A DNA stretch of 64,000 bases, taken from contig CAZKJE010000002.1 in the NCBI GenBank assembly GCA_964553015.1, positions 14,175 through 78,174 of the forward strand. The letters are read 5' to 3'. Made by a program: the position numbers and the translations under genes. The DNA is from an uncultured Candidatus Saccharibacteria bacterium (GTDB lineage: Bacteria; Patescibacteriota; Minisyncoccia; Phycocordibacterales; UBA9973). This document shows, in pieces, positions 1 to 8,565 of this stretch; the first letter of the stretch is position 1; every line of letters begins with the position of its first letter. Below the pieces are notes generated by a model. The model was not told the origin of the DNA and ran no database searches. It was given only the letters and a program-made list of their open reading frames with translations.

Positions 1-173
1 CCGGCAGTGACACTCTCTACAGTGTAGTTGTCATTATGCTTGTAAAACATTAAAAGAGTATAGCACTTGCTATGCGAAATTAAAATGCTATTATTGGTGC
101 ACATGTCCCGTACTAAATTTTTGATTACGGGATATAAACGATAAACATTATTAGTTAAAATTTTAGTACTGGG

Positions 174-530
174 ATGTTAGATAAGAAAAAAATAAAAGAA
201 AAATTGGAAAAAGAGCGCGATGTTTTGCTCGCCGAGATGAAAGACATGGGCAAGCTCAACACGGAGACTGAAGAATGGGAAGCAACTCCAGAAGAGCAGA
301 CTTTTCCTGAATCCGATCAGAATGATATGGCCGATCGCTTTGAAGATTTTGAAGCGCGAAGCTCCATGATGCGGACGCTCGAACCAAGGCTTAATAATAT
401 TTTAAAAGCGCTTAAGTCGCTAAACAACGACTCATTCGGCAAATGCAAAGTTTGTAAAAAAGATATTGAGATGGCGCGCCTCGAAGCGAATCCTGCGGCC
501 AGAACCTGTAAAAAACATTTAGAAGAGTAG
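174..530 (+). CDS. DksA/TraR-family C4 zinc-finger protein
   Basis: 118 aa with a C-terminal CxxC-N17-CxxC motif (CKVCKK...CKKH) and an acidic coiled-coil N-terminus, typical of DksA/TraR. Confidence 0.6.
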   Translation: MLDKKKIKEKLEKERDVLLAEMKDMGKLNTETEEWEATPEEQTFPESDQNDMADRFEDFEARSSMMRTLEPRLNNILKALKSLNNDSFGKCKVCKKDIEMARLEANPAARTCKKHLEE

Positions 531-547
531 AATAACAAAAAAATAAA

Positions 548-2140
548 GTGGCTTTTGCCAAAATATACTCAGCGCAAGTAAATTTACTTACCGGAGCTAT
601 CGTAACTATAGAAGTGGATCTCTCCCGAGGCCTGCATTCTTTTAGTGTCGTCGGCCTGCCGGACAAAGCAGTCGATGAATCTAAAGACAGGGTATCGGGC
701 GCGATAAAGAATTCCGGTTTCCAGTCCCCGAAGGCAAAAAATCAAAAAATAATTGTTTCTCTTTCACCGGCCGACTTAAAGAAAGAGGGGCCATTTTTTG
801 ATTTAGGAATTGCCATCTCGTACATGAAAGCAGCGGGAGATATTAAATTTGATTCCGAGAAAAAAATATTTTTAGGCGAGCTAGGCTTGGACGGCACACT
901 TCGCCCTATCCGCGGAGCTTTGCCTTTGGCGCAGGAAGCCAGACGGAAAGGATTTGAAGAAATATATCTGCCGAAAGAAAATGCCTCCGAGGCGGCCTTG
1001 GTGGAAGGTATTAAAATTTTTGGCGCTGAAAGTTTGCAGGAAGTCGTGGAGCATATCGATGAGTATAAAAGACCCCCTCTGTCCGATAAAAATAGGACAT
1101 CTCCCCCTTCGCAGGGGGCGAGGAATAAAATTCCGGTCCAGCCGCAGACAAAAGTAAATTACAAAAAAGAAACAAAGGGCGCAGACTTTTCTGATATTCG
1201 CGGACAGGAAGGCGCCAAGCGCGGGCTCGAGATCGCGGCCGCCGGCGGGCATAATATAGCGATGTATGGCCCGCCCGGCACAGGCAAGACGATGCTGGCC
1301 CGGGCTTTTTCGCAATTGTTGCCGGATCTGCCAATTGATGAAGTACTTGAGCTCACGGGAATACATTCTGTGTCCGGCAGCACGCAAGGGGAGCTTGTGT
1401 GCTTTCCCCCGTTTCGCGCCCCGCACCACACTTCTTCTTATGTTTCTATTATCGGCGGGGGAACGTATCCAAAGCCAGGAGAGGTTACACTCGCGCATCG
1501 CGGCGTTTTATTTCTAGACGAGTTTCCGGAATTTGAGAAGAGGGTTATAGAATCTTTACGGCAGCCGCTTGAAGACAATATCGTTTCCATTTCCCGCGCC
1601 AAGGGCACAGCAGTCTTCCCTTCAAATTTTATTTTAGTGGCCGCCATGAATCCCTGCCCGTGCGGAAACGCTGGGAACAAACAAAAGGCCTGCATCTGCA
1701 AGCCGTCCGATTTAGACAGATATAAAAGGAAACTTTCCGGTCCGATTATAGACCGTATTGACCTCTGGGTTTCAGTCGGCAACGTGGATTATAAAAAACT
1801 CGGCGCAAGTGACGATGAGCGGAACGCAGAGAAAAGTGAAAAAATAAAAGATAGAGTTACCCTAGCCAGAGAAATTCAAAAAAAGAGATTTCAAAAATTT
1901 ACAAAAAAAATCAGCACAAACAGTGAAATGAATGTGAAAGACTTAGGCACGATGGCAAAACTCGATGCAAAAGTTCGCGAACTCTTAGACAACAGTGCCG
2001 AAAATCTAGGCCTGTCCGCTCGCGCCTATCACCGCGTAATAAAAATAGCCCGCACTATTGCCGACTTGGAAAATTCTGAAAACGTAGAAGCGAATCATAT
2101 CTTAGAGGCCATTCAATATAGGCCAAAAGTTAACTCATAG
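548..2140 (+). CDS. comM: Mg-chelatase-like AAA+ ATPase, YifB/ComM family (GTG start)
   Basis: Lon-like N-terminal domain, Walker A GPPGTGKT, and the cysteine cluster (CPCGNAG...CICKP) typical of ComM/YifB. Confidence 0.8.
   Translation: MAFAKIYSAQVNLLTGAIVTIEVDLSRGLHSFSVVGLPDKAVDESKDRVSGAIKNSGFQSPKAKNQKIIVSLSPADLKKEGPFFDLGIAISYMKAAGDIKFDSEKKIFLGELGLDGTLRPIRGALPLAQEARRKGFEEIYLPKENASEAALVEGIKIFGAESLQEVVEHIDEYKRPPLSDKNRTSPPSQGARNKIPVQPQTKVNYKKETKGADFSDIRGQEGAKRGLEIAAAGGHNIAMYGPPGTGKTMLARAFSQLLPDLPIDEVLELTGIHSVSGSTQGELVCFPPFRAPHHTSSYVSIIGGGTYPKPGEVTLAHRGVLFLDEFPEFEKRVIESLRQPLEDNIVSISRAKGTAVFPSNFILVAAMNPCPCGNAGNKQKACICKPSDLDRYKRKLSGPIIDRIDLWVSVGNVDYKKLGASDDERNAEKSEKIKDRVTLAREIQKKRFQKFTKKISTNSEMNVKDLGTMAKLDAKVRELLDNSAENLGLSARAYHRVIKIARTIADLENSENVEANHILEAIQYRPKVNS
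1101..1123. repeat. GC-rich palindromic element inserted in-frame in comM (ctcccccttcgcagggggcgagg)
   Basis: CCCCCT/AGGGGG stem; shares the word ccttcgcaggg with the recG copy at 49481-49515; encodes TSPPSQGARN. Confidence 0.6.
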
Positions 2141-2160
2141 AGTTATCCACATCTGGCTTG

Positions 2161-2190
2161 TTGACAGTGAACGCTCGTTCACTTATACTA
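2161..2190 (+). promoter_or_regulatory. Sigma70-type promoter (TTGACA-18-TATACT) with an embedded LexA (Cheo-type) box AGTGAACGCTCGTTCACT at 2166-2183
   Basis: The -35/-10 hexamers are read directly. The spacer holds a perfect 8+2+8 palindrome whose core is GAAC-N4-GTTC. It lies upstream of the small ORF and lexA. Confidence 0.65.
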
Positions 2191-2205
2191 ATTAAGTCGC
2201 AAATA

Positions 2206-2252
2206 CCCCTACCCGGCCTCTCCCTAAAGTAGGGGGAGGAGAAAGGAGGGGG
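2206..2252. repeat. GC-rich palindromic repeat, intergenic copy (cctctccct aaag tagggggagg...)
   Basis: Inverted halves CTCCCTA/TAGGGAG; same family as the copies at 9412, 13252, 40727 and 49481. Confidence 0.55.
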
Positions 2253-2278
2253 TAAATTATAAAATTAAAAACAAAGCT

Positions 2279-2479
2279 ATGAGTCAAACACAATATTTAA
2301 AAATGCTGGAGAGAGAAATCCAAGCAATAAATAAGAGGATAGATCTTAAAATTCTCAAGGGTCAGAATTATCACAAAGAGGCGATAGAACACAAGCTCCT
2401 AATTAGGAAAGTGCGATATCATTCCCGAAGTAACTTTTTGCGTAAATTTTTTCCCACTTTTGCGCAGTTTTCTTTTTAG
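2279..2479 (+). CDS. Small hypothetical protein (66 aa), first gene of the putative LexA-controlled operon
   Basis: ORF lies between the LexA-box promoter and lexA on the same strand, with no terminator between them. Confidence 0.4.
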   Translation: MSQTQYLKMLEREIQAINKRIDLKILKGQNYHKEAIEHKLLIRKVRYHSRSNFLRKFFPTFAQFSF

Positions 2480-2506
2480 TTTCTTTCTAAAAGATAAACA
2501 AAATAA

Positions 2507-3076
2507 ATGATAAGAAATCCCCATCAGATAAAAATAGAATCTTTCTACGGAGAGAATAAGAGGATGCCGACGTATTCGGAAATGATGAAGCTCTTCGGCT
2601 ACAAATCCAAGAATGCGGTTTTTAAAGTCGTGGAGAAATTGATTGACGCAGGGCTCGTCGCCAAAGATCATCTCGGCCGGTTAGTACCCACACAATCTTT
2701 TGGCGAAGTTCCGATGCTTGGGCTGGTGACTGCCGGTTTGCCTGCAAGTGTGGAAGAAGAGCTCGCAGATACTGTGAGCTTGGACGAATTTTTAATAGAA
2801 AAGAAAGCTTTTACATATATGCTAGAGGTGGACGGGGATTCTATGATAGATGCGCACATAGAAAAGGGGGATATGGTTCTCGTCGAGAAGGCAAACCAGG
2901 CTAAAGATATGCAGATAGTCATCGCCGAAGTGGATGGCGAATTTACGATGAAATATTTTAGGCGTGATGGGAATAAATGTTGGCTCGAGCCGGCCAACAA
3001 AAACTACAAACCGATCTATCCGGAACATTCTTTAAATATAAATGCAGTGGTGAAAGCGGTGATTAGGAAATACTAA
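2507..3076 (+). CDS. lexA: LexA repressor (S24 peptidase)
   Basis: N-terminal winged-helix region; C-terminal GDSM serine motif and the downstream catalytic Lys region (EFTMKYFRR). Confidence 0.85.
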   Translation: MIRNPHQIKIESFYGENKRMPTYSEMMKLFGYKSKNAVFKVVEKLIDAGLVAKDHLGRLVPTQSFGEVPMLGLVTAGLPASVEEELADTVSLDEFLIEKKAFTYMLEVDGDSMIDAHIEKGDMVLVEKANQAKDMQIVIAEVDGEFTMKYFRRDGNKCWLEPANKNYKPIYPEHSLNINAVVKAVIRKY

Positions 3077-3092
3077 ATAAGATAGGAAATCA

Positions 3093-3118
3093 AAAAATCC
3101 CCCGAATGGGGATTTTTT
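3093..3118. terminator. Bidirectional intrinsic terminator (aaaaatccccc gaat ggggatttttt)
   Basis: Perfect 9-bp stem flanked by A-run and T-run between convergent lexA and hup. Confidence 0.75.
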
Positions 3119-3166
3119 GATTTCCTAATTTCTCTCGAGAGAACCCCACTTGGCGGGGCAGGAATA

Positions 3167-3439
3167 TTACGCAACCATATCCTTCAAACCTTTTGCAGGT
3201 CGGAATTTTGGCACTTTCTTTGCAGCCACTTTGACTTGCTCCCCAGTCTTTGGATTGCGAGCCATGCGAGCAGCGCGAGATTTTACTGAAAAGATTCCAA
3301 AGCCGGCGATCGATACTTCCTGTCCCTTTTTCAAGGTCTGGATGATAGCATCAAACATTCCGTCTACGAGCTCTTCAGCCTGCACTTTTGTGCCGCCTAG
3401 TTTTCCGTGTACCCATTCAGCTAATGCTTGTTTATTCAT
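3167..3439 (-). CDS. hup: DNA-binding protein HU
   Basis: 90 aa; GFGxFxV...RNPKTGE...KxVPKFRPxKxLKD HU/IHF signature. Confidence 0.9.
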   Translation of the reverse strand: MNKQALAEWVHGKLGGTKVQAEELVDGMFDAIIQTLKKGQEVSIAGFGIFSVKSRAARMARNPKTGEQVKVAAKKVPKFRPAKGLKDMVA

Positions 3440-3530
3440 AATGTAAAAAAATTATTTTTGTAATTCTTTCGACCTTTTAACCCTTATTTTTGATACCTAT
3501 TCATTATATATCAAGGGTTTTTTAGCGCAA

Positions 3531-5057
3531 CTACCGGGCGTATTCCACAATTCTTGTCTCTCGGATCATAGTGACCTTGATTTCTCCCGGATATTTTAGT
3601 TCCTGCTCTATTTTTATAGCTATATCGCGTGCCATTATTTTAGCTTCGGCGTCAGATATCTTTTCCGGAGTTACAAATATGCGGATTTCGCGTCCGGCCT
3701 GCAGAGCATATGATTTTTCAACAGCAGGGAACTGGTTTACCAGAGCTTCGAGCTCCTGCAACCTCTTTAGGTAATTTTCAACAGAGTCTCGACGGGCTCC
3801 CGGACGGCCTCCGGATATCGCGTCTGCGGTCTGCACGATGATGGATTCAATAGTTTCGTATGGATAGTCCTCGTGGTGCGATTTCATTGCAGTCACGATG
3901 CGTTCGTCAGCGCCGAATTTCTGAAGGATACGCATGCCTATCTCCACATGCGTGCCCTGTACTTCGTGGTCGAGCGCTTTTCCGATGTCATGCACCAAGG
4001 CTCCAGCCTTGGCAATCTGTACATCGGCGCCGAGCTCTTCGGCAATCATGCCGGCAATGTGAGACATTTCCGTAGAGTGCTGTAGAACGTTCTGGCCATA
4101 GCTTGTTCGGAAATATAATCGGCCGATAATCGCTACGATGCGCGGATCAAAGTTAAATATTCCGCATTCATACACCGCCTGTTCTCCTTTTTCCTTAATT
4201 ATTTTATTTATATCTTCCTTCGCTTTTTCTACGAGCTCTTCAATTTTTGCCGGCTGAATGCGTCCGTCTAAGATTAGGTTCTCAAGCGCCAAGCGGGCTA
4301 CCTGTCTTCGGATAGGATCGAAACAGGAGATAACAATAGAGCCAGGAGTATCGTCCACGATGAGCTCCACTCCCGCTGCCCGTTCAAATGCGCGGATATT
4401 GCGGCCTTCTTTTCCGATAATTTTTCCTTTAATTTCATTGTTTGGAATAGAAACAACTGTCGTCATGAGTTCGGAAGCTGTACTCGCGGCTAAACGCTGA
4501 ATAGAAGTCGCCAGGATATCTTTTGCGTGCCTATCAAGCTTTTCCTCGTTACTATTTTCCAATTTCTGAATACGAATCATGATGTCTTCTTCATATTTTT
4601 TTTCTACATCTCGAAGAAGTTCTTCTTTGGCTTCGTTTTCTGTCAGCTCTGCGACTCTCTCCAGCTCTATTCTTTTTTCATCTTCTATTTTTAATATTTT
4701 TTCCTGTATTTTTTTAACCTCCTCAACTTTTAGCTTGATCACTTCGGCTTCCTTGTTTACTTCCACCTGCCGCGCGTCCAAGAACTCATCTTTTTTTATG
4801 AGTCTTTTTTCGGTTTCTTTCCATTCATCAGTCTTTCTCTTCTCTTCTTCTTTTAAGTTGCCGACCAGCTCTTCGGATTTTTTCTTGGCTTCATCCGTGA
4901 TCCTTTGCGCTTCTTCTTTCGCGCCGACCATCATCTGTTTTATGTCTATCTCAATAGACCTGCGTTTTCCGAGCGCGACCAAAAGGCGCAGATAGTATCC
5001 GACTATCACGCCCAAAAGGAGCACTCCGACTCCGACTAGAATTATTATTATGCTCAT
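3531..5057 (-). CDS. rny: Ribonuclease Y
   Basis: N-terminal TM helix, long coiled coil, KH domain (IIGKEGRNIR), HD domain (HDIGK...H..E). Confidence 0.9.
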   Translation of the reverse strand: MSIIIILVGVGVLLLGVIVGYYLRLLVALGKRRSIEIDIKQMMVGAKEEAQRITDEAKKKSEELVGNLKEEEKRKTDEWKETEKRLIKKDEFLDARQVEVNKEAEVIKLKVEEVKKIQEKILKIEDEKRIELERVAELTENEAKEELLRDVEKKYEEDIMIRIQKLENSNEEKLDRHAKDILATSIQRLAASTASELMTTVVSIPNNEIKGKIIGKEGRNIRAFERAAGVELIVDDTPGSIVISCFDPIRRQVARLALENLILDGRIQPAKIEELVEKAKEDINKIIKEKGEQAVYECGIFNFDPRIVAIIGRLYFRTSYGQNVLQHSTEMSHIAGMIAEELGADVQIAKAGALVHDIGKALDHEVQGTHVEIGMRILQKFGADERIVTAMKSHHEDYPYETIESIIVQTADAISGGRPGARRDSVENYLKRLQELEALVNQFPAVEKSYALQAGREIRIFVTPEKISDAEAKIMARDIAIKIEQELKYPGEIKVTMIRETRIVEYAR

Positions 5058-5248
5058 AAGCCTGTGTCAGCTTACAAGAACAAACCACTATATTTTAGAT
5101 TTTTCCTGCCTGCATGCCAAAGATTTGCAAACTTTCTCTTATCTTTTCTTTTGAAAACTTCATAATATATGGGATATTCCTGTGAACCAATGTAAAATAA
5201 ATTTTTAAAATTCAACGTACATAGTATAACAGAAAGGATAAAATTAGT

Positions 5249-5854
5249 CTAGTTTTCCTGTTTTGACCCTGGAGTTTTGGATTTGGTGACTATTTCGTCT
5301 ATTATTCCGTACTTCTGCGCCTCTTGCGCATCCATGAAGAAGTCCCTCTCCACGTCTTTTTCAATCTGGGTGAGGGATTTGCCGGTATTTTTTGCCAAAA
5401 GTTTGTTTAAATTATCTCTGGTCTTTAAAATATGCTTTGCCGTGATTGCAATATCGGTGGCTTGGCCTTCCACTCCGCCCAAGGGCTGGTGGATCATGAT
5501 CTCGGCGTTCGGCAAAATATAGCGCTTGCCACGCTTACCGGAAGACATGATGATAGCGGCGCCTGAAGCAGCGAGGCCGACACAGAAGGTAGAAATATCC
5601 GGACGGACATGATTCATGGTGTCCACTATGGCCATAGTAGAAGTCACCGATCCGCCCGGAGAATTTATATAAAGATGAATATCTTTTTTAGCATCTTCGG
5701 ATTCTAGAAATAGAAGCTGGGCGATGACGATATTTGCGGTGTTGTCGTCAATCGGTCCGGCTAAAAAGACTATCCGCTCGCGCAAAAGGCGGGAATATAT
5801 GTCGTAAGCGCGTTCTCCAAATTGCGATTTTTCTATTACTGTTGGTATTAACAT
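5249..5854 (-). CDS. clpP: ATP-dependent Clp protease proteolytic subunit
   Basis: Ser-His-Asp triad context ([16 protein letters not shown]); typical ClpP length plus a short C-terminal tail. Confidence 0.9.
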   Translation of the reverse strand: MLIPTVIEKSQFGERAYDIYSRLLRERIVFLAGPIDDNTANIVIAQLLFLESEDAKKDIHLYINSPGGSVTSTMAIVDTMNHVRPDISTFCVGLAASGAAIIMSSGKRGKRYILPNAEIMIHQPLGGVEGQATDIAITAKHILKTRDNLNKLLAKNTGKSLTQIEKDVERDFFMDAQEAQKYGIIDEIVTKSKTPGSKQEN

Positions 5855-5893
5855 GTAAATATTATATTCTAATTTTTAACTTTTTCAAGCTTG

Positions 5894-5922
5894 TTGACAT
5901 AAACCTACTTTAAGTGTATAAT
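5894..5922 (+). promoter_or_regulatory. Consensus sigma70 promoter TTGACA-17-TATAAT
   Basis: Exact hexamers with 17-nt spacer ~40 nt upstream of the small ORF at 5964. Confidence 0.6.
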
Positions 5923-5963
5923 ACCAAACGAATAAAAATTGAACCAAAAGGAGGATTCCAATC

Positions 5964-6143
5964 ATGAAGTTTATTTTCTTGCAGAATACATCTGACGGGT
6001 GCAAGCCCATGTGGCTTACGCCCCCGTTTGATGCCCCGTCCGTAGAAAGAGCGGATCAGATCACCAAAGAGCGATACCTCCACGAGGGCGAGCTCTACAA
6101 AAAGGTTGAAAAAACCGAGACGATCGTGAGAGGAATCTGGTAG
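5964..6143 (+). CDS. Small hypothetical protein (59 aa) with a strong Shine-Dalgarno
   Basis: AAAGGAGG sits 7 nt upstream of the ATG and a consensus promoter lies upstream. Terminator-like hairpins follow. The ORF is below the 60-aa cutoff of the ORF track. Confidence 0.5.
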   Translation: MKFIFLQNTSDGCKPMWLTPPFDAPSVERADQITKERYLHEGELYKKVEKTETIVRGIW

Positions 6144-6299
6144 AGTAGCACAACAACATCGCTCGCTCTGGGCAAGAAGACTCGTCTTCTGCTTCGGGCG
6201 AGTTTTCTTTTTACCTCCTTGCCCTGCTTAGCGGGGCTTGCTTCTCTTTTTTAAAGTGCTACTATTTTACCTAATGTGTCTAATGAAATACGTAAAAAT

Positions 6300-7523
6300 A
6301 TGCCAAGAAAAATGATAAGTGTAGAAGGCAACATAGTAAATAAAGATAAAGTTTTCCGCGGAAGAATTGAAATTGATCAGAGCGGAATGATAGATAAAAT
6401 CGGCGAACCGAAAGGTGACGCCGATTTTATTTTTGAGGATGAATTAATTTTTCCCGGATTCATAGATCTGCATGTGCATGCGCGGGAAGATGCAAGCCAC
6501 ACGCAAGATTACAAAGAAGATTTTATCTCCTCGGGAGTTGCGGCGATAAGCGGCGGAGTGACAGCATTTGCAGAAATGCCGAACAATCCAGTACCGCCGA
6601 TTGATGATAAAAGTTACGCAGAAAAAAAAGAATTAACTAAGAAATCTCCAGTTCCAGTTTTACTTTATGCAGGCATCGGCCCTAAGACAAAACCGCTTTC
6701 ATCAAAAGTTCCGTACAAAGTTTTTATGGGTAAATCTGTCGGCGATCTTTTTTTTACAACACTGGAAGAATTAGAATCAGTAATAAAAAATTACAAGGGA
6801 CAATACGTGAGTTTCCACTGCGAGGATCCGGAAATTCTGGAAGAAAAAACTCATGAGTTAACTCATGAGTTACAGCGCCCCAGAGAAGCTGAAATTTCCG
6901 GAATAGATTTCGCGCTCAAATTAATAGAAAAATATAATATTTTTGGAAAAATTTGTCATGTATCTACGATAGGAGGAATACAAAAAATTATTGAAGCAAA
7001 AAAAAGAGGGGTAAATGTAACAGTAGAAGTAACTCCGCATCATTTGTATTTTGCGAAAGCAAATAAAAATTTACAAGTCAATCCGCCCATACGTGATGTA
7101 GAAGATTGTGCGGCTTTAATAAAACTTTTGAAACGAGGCGATATTGATTTTCTTGCTACCGACCATGCTCCGCACACAAAAGAAGAGAAGAAAAAAGGAG
7201 TTTCAGGCATGCCGCATTTAGATACTTACGGACCGTTTATCGCATGGCTTATAAAAGAACACGGTTTTACGCAGGAAGAAATTGCGAGAGTATGCGCATA
7301 TAATCCGGGTGTTTTTTTAAATAGTTTTATGCCTGAGAAATATGGAGAAACAAAAGAAGGCTACGTTGGCTCGCTTACAGTAATAAATATGAACAAGCCA
7401 GTAAGGATAAAAAAAGAAATGCTTAAAACGAAATGCGGCTGGTCGCCTTTTCTGGGGGTGACATTTCCGGGAAGCGTTACTATGACAATAGTAAAAGGAG
7501 AAATTTATGAAAACAGAAAATAG
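6300..7523 (+). CDS. pyrC: Dihydroorotase (cyclic amidohydrolase); alternative GTG start at 6276
   Basis: PGFIDLHVHARE metal-binding motif, DHAPH motif; first gene of the pyrC-carA-carB-pyrB cluster. Confidence 0.8.
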   Translation: MPRKMISVEGNIVNKDKVFRGRIEIDQSGMIDKIGEPKGDADFIFEDELIFPGFIDLHVHAREDASHTQDYKEDFISSGVAAISGGVTAFAEMPNNPVPPIDDKSYAEKKELTKKSPVPVLLYAGIGPKTKPLSSKVPYKVFMGKSVGDLFFTTLEELESVIKNYKGQYVSFHCEDPEILEEKTHELTHELQRPREAEISGIDFALKLIEKYNIFGKICHVSTIGGIQKIIEAKKRGVNVTVEVTPHHLYFAKANKNLQVNPPIRDVEDCAALIKLLKRGDIDFLATDHAPHTKEEKKKGVSGMPHLDTYGPFIAWLIKEHGFTQEEIARVCAYNPGVFLNSFMPEKYGETKEGYVGSLTVINMNKPVRIKKEMLKTKCGWSPFLGVTFPGSVTMTIVKGEIYENRK

Positions 7524-8565
7524 AACAGCAAAATTAATTCTGAAAGACGGTACTATTTTTGAGGCAAAAAGTTTCGGCGCTTCAAAATCTACTGCCGGCG
7601 AAGTGGTTTTTGCCACGGGAATGACCGGCTATCCCGAAGCGCTGACAGATCCATCCTTCAAGGGACAAATTTTAGTAATGACATATCCCTTGATCGGGAA
7701 TTATGGAGTTCCTAAAAAAGAAGACTGGGAATCGGACAAGATCCAAGTTTCCGGGCTTGTAGTGTGTAATTACATAGATACGCCGTCGCATCATGCAAGC
7801 GAGATGACTTTGGCCGAGTGGTTCAAAAAAGAAGGCGTGCCACTTCTTGAGATAAAAGACACAAGGCTGCTTACAGAAAAATTACGGGACGAGGGGGCAA
7901 CACTAGGCAAAATAATTATTGGAAGCAAAAATGTTAATTTTGCAGATCCGAATTTGAGAAACTTGGCTGGAGAAGTGAGTACGAAAGAAATTTATTTTAT
8001 GGGCGAGGGAAAAGATACGATTGTGCTTTTGGATTGTGGCGCCAAGAGGAATATAATTAGAAGCCTTGCAGAAAGAGGGCTTAGGGTTGCAGTAGTTCCG
8101 TGGAATACCGATGTAACCAAATTAGATTTTCAATTTAGCGCGGTAGTGATTTCAAACGGCCCCGGAGATCCAAAGAAAGTAACCGCTACTATCAATAATG
8201 TTAAAAAAATTATTGCTAAAAAAATCCCTACGCTGGGTATTTGTTTGGGAAACCAAATTTTAACTTTAGCCATGGGAGGCACAACGTATAAAATGAAATT
8301 CGGGCACCGAAGCCAGAATCAGCCAGTAGTGCAAACGGGTACAAATAAGTGTTATTTAACAACCCAAAATCATGGTTTTGCAGTTAAACAAATTCCCAAA
8401 AATTTCAGACAATGGTTTCATAATGCGAACGATAATACGAATGAGGGAGTTATTCATGAGACCCTGCCATTTATGTCTGTGCAGTTTCATCCGGAAAGTA
8501 CTCCGGGACCCGTGGACACTGATTGGGTATTTGATTATTTTTTGAAAAAAGCTGATGAAAAATAA
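7507..8565 (+). CDS. carA: Carbamoyl-phosphate synthase small (glutaminase) subunit
   Basis: Class I GATase motif LGICLGNQIL with His/Glu region; overlaps pyrC stop. Confidence 0.9.
   Translation: MKTENRTAKLILKDGTIFEAKSFGASKSTAGEVVFATGMTGYPEALTDPSFKGQILVMTYPLIGNYGVPKKEDWESDKIQVSGLVVCNYIDTPSHHASEMTLAEWFKKEGVPLLEIKDTRLLTEKLRDEGATLGKIIIGSKNVNFADPNLRNLAGEVSTKEIYFMGEGKDTIVLLDCGAKRNIIRSLAERGLRVAVVPWNTDVTKLDFQFSAVVISNGPGDPKKVTATINNVKKIIAKKIPTLGICLGNQILTLAMGGTTYKMKFGHRSQNQPVVQTGTNKCYLTTQNHGFAVKQIPKNFRQWFHNANDNTNEGVIHETLPFMSVQFHPESTPGPVDTDWVFDYFLKKADEK

Noticed and set aside
881-1498. Minus-strand ORFs (205, 107 and 90 aa) inside comM
   Set aside because: Fully overlapped by a well-supported conserved gene; low-complexity Arg/Ala-rich translations typical of the antisense frame.
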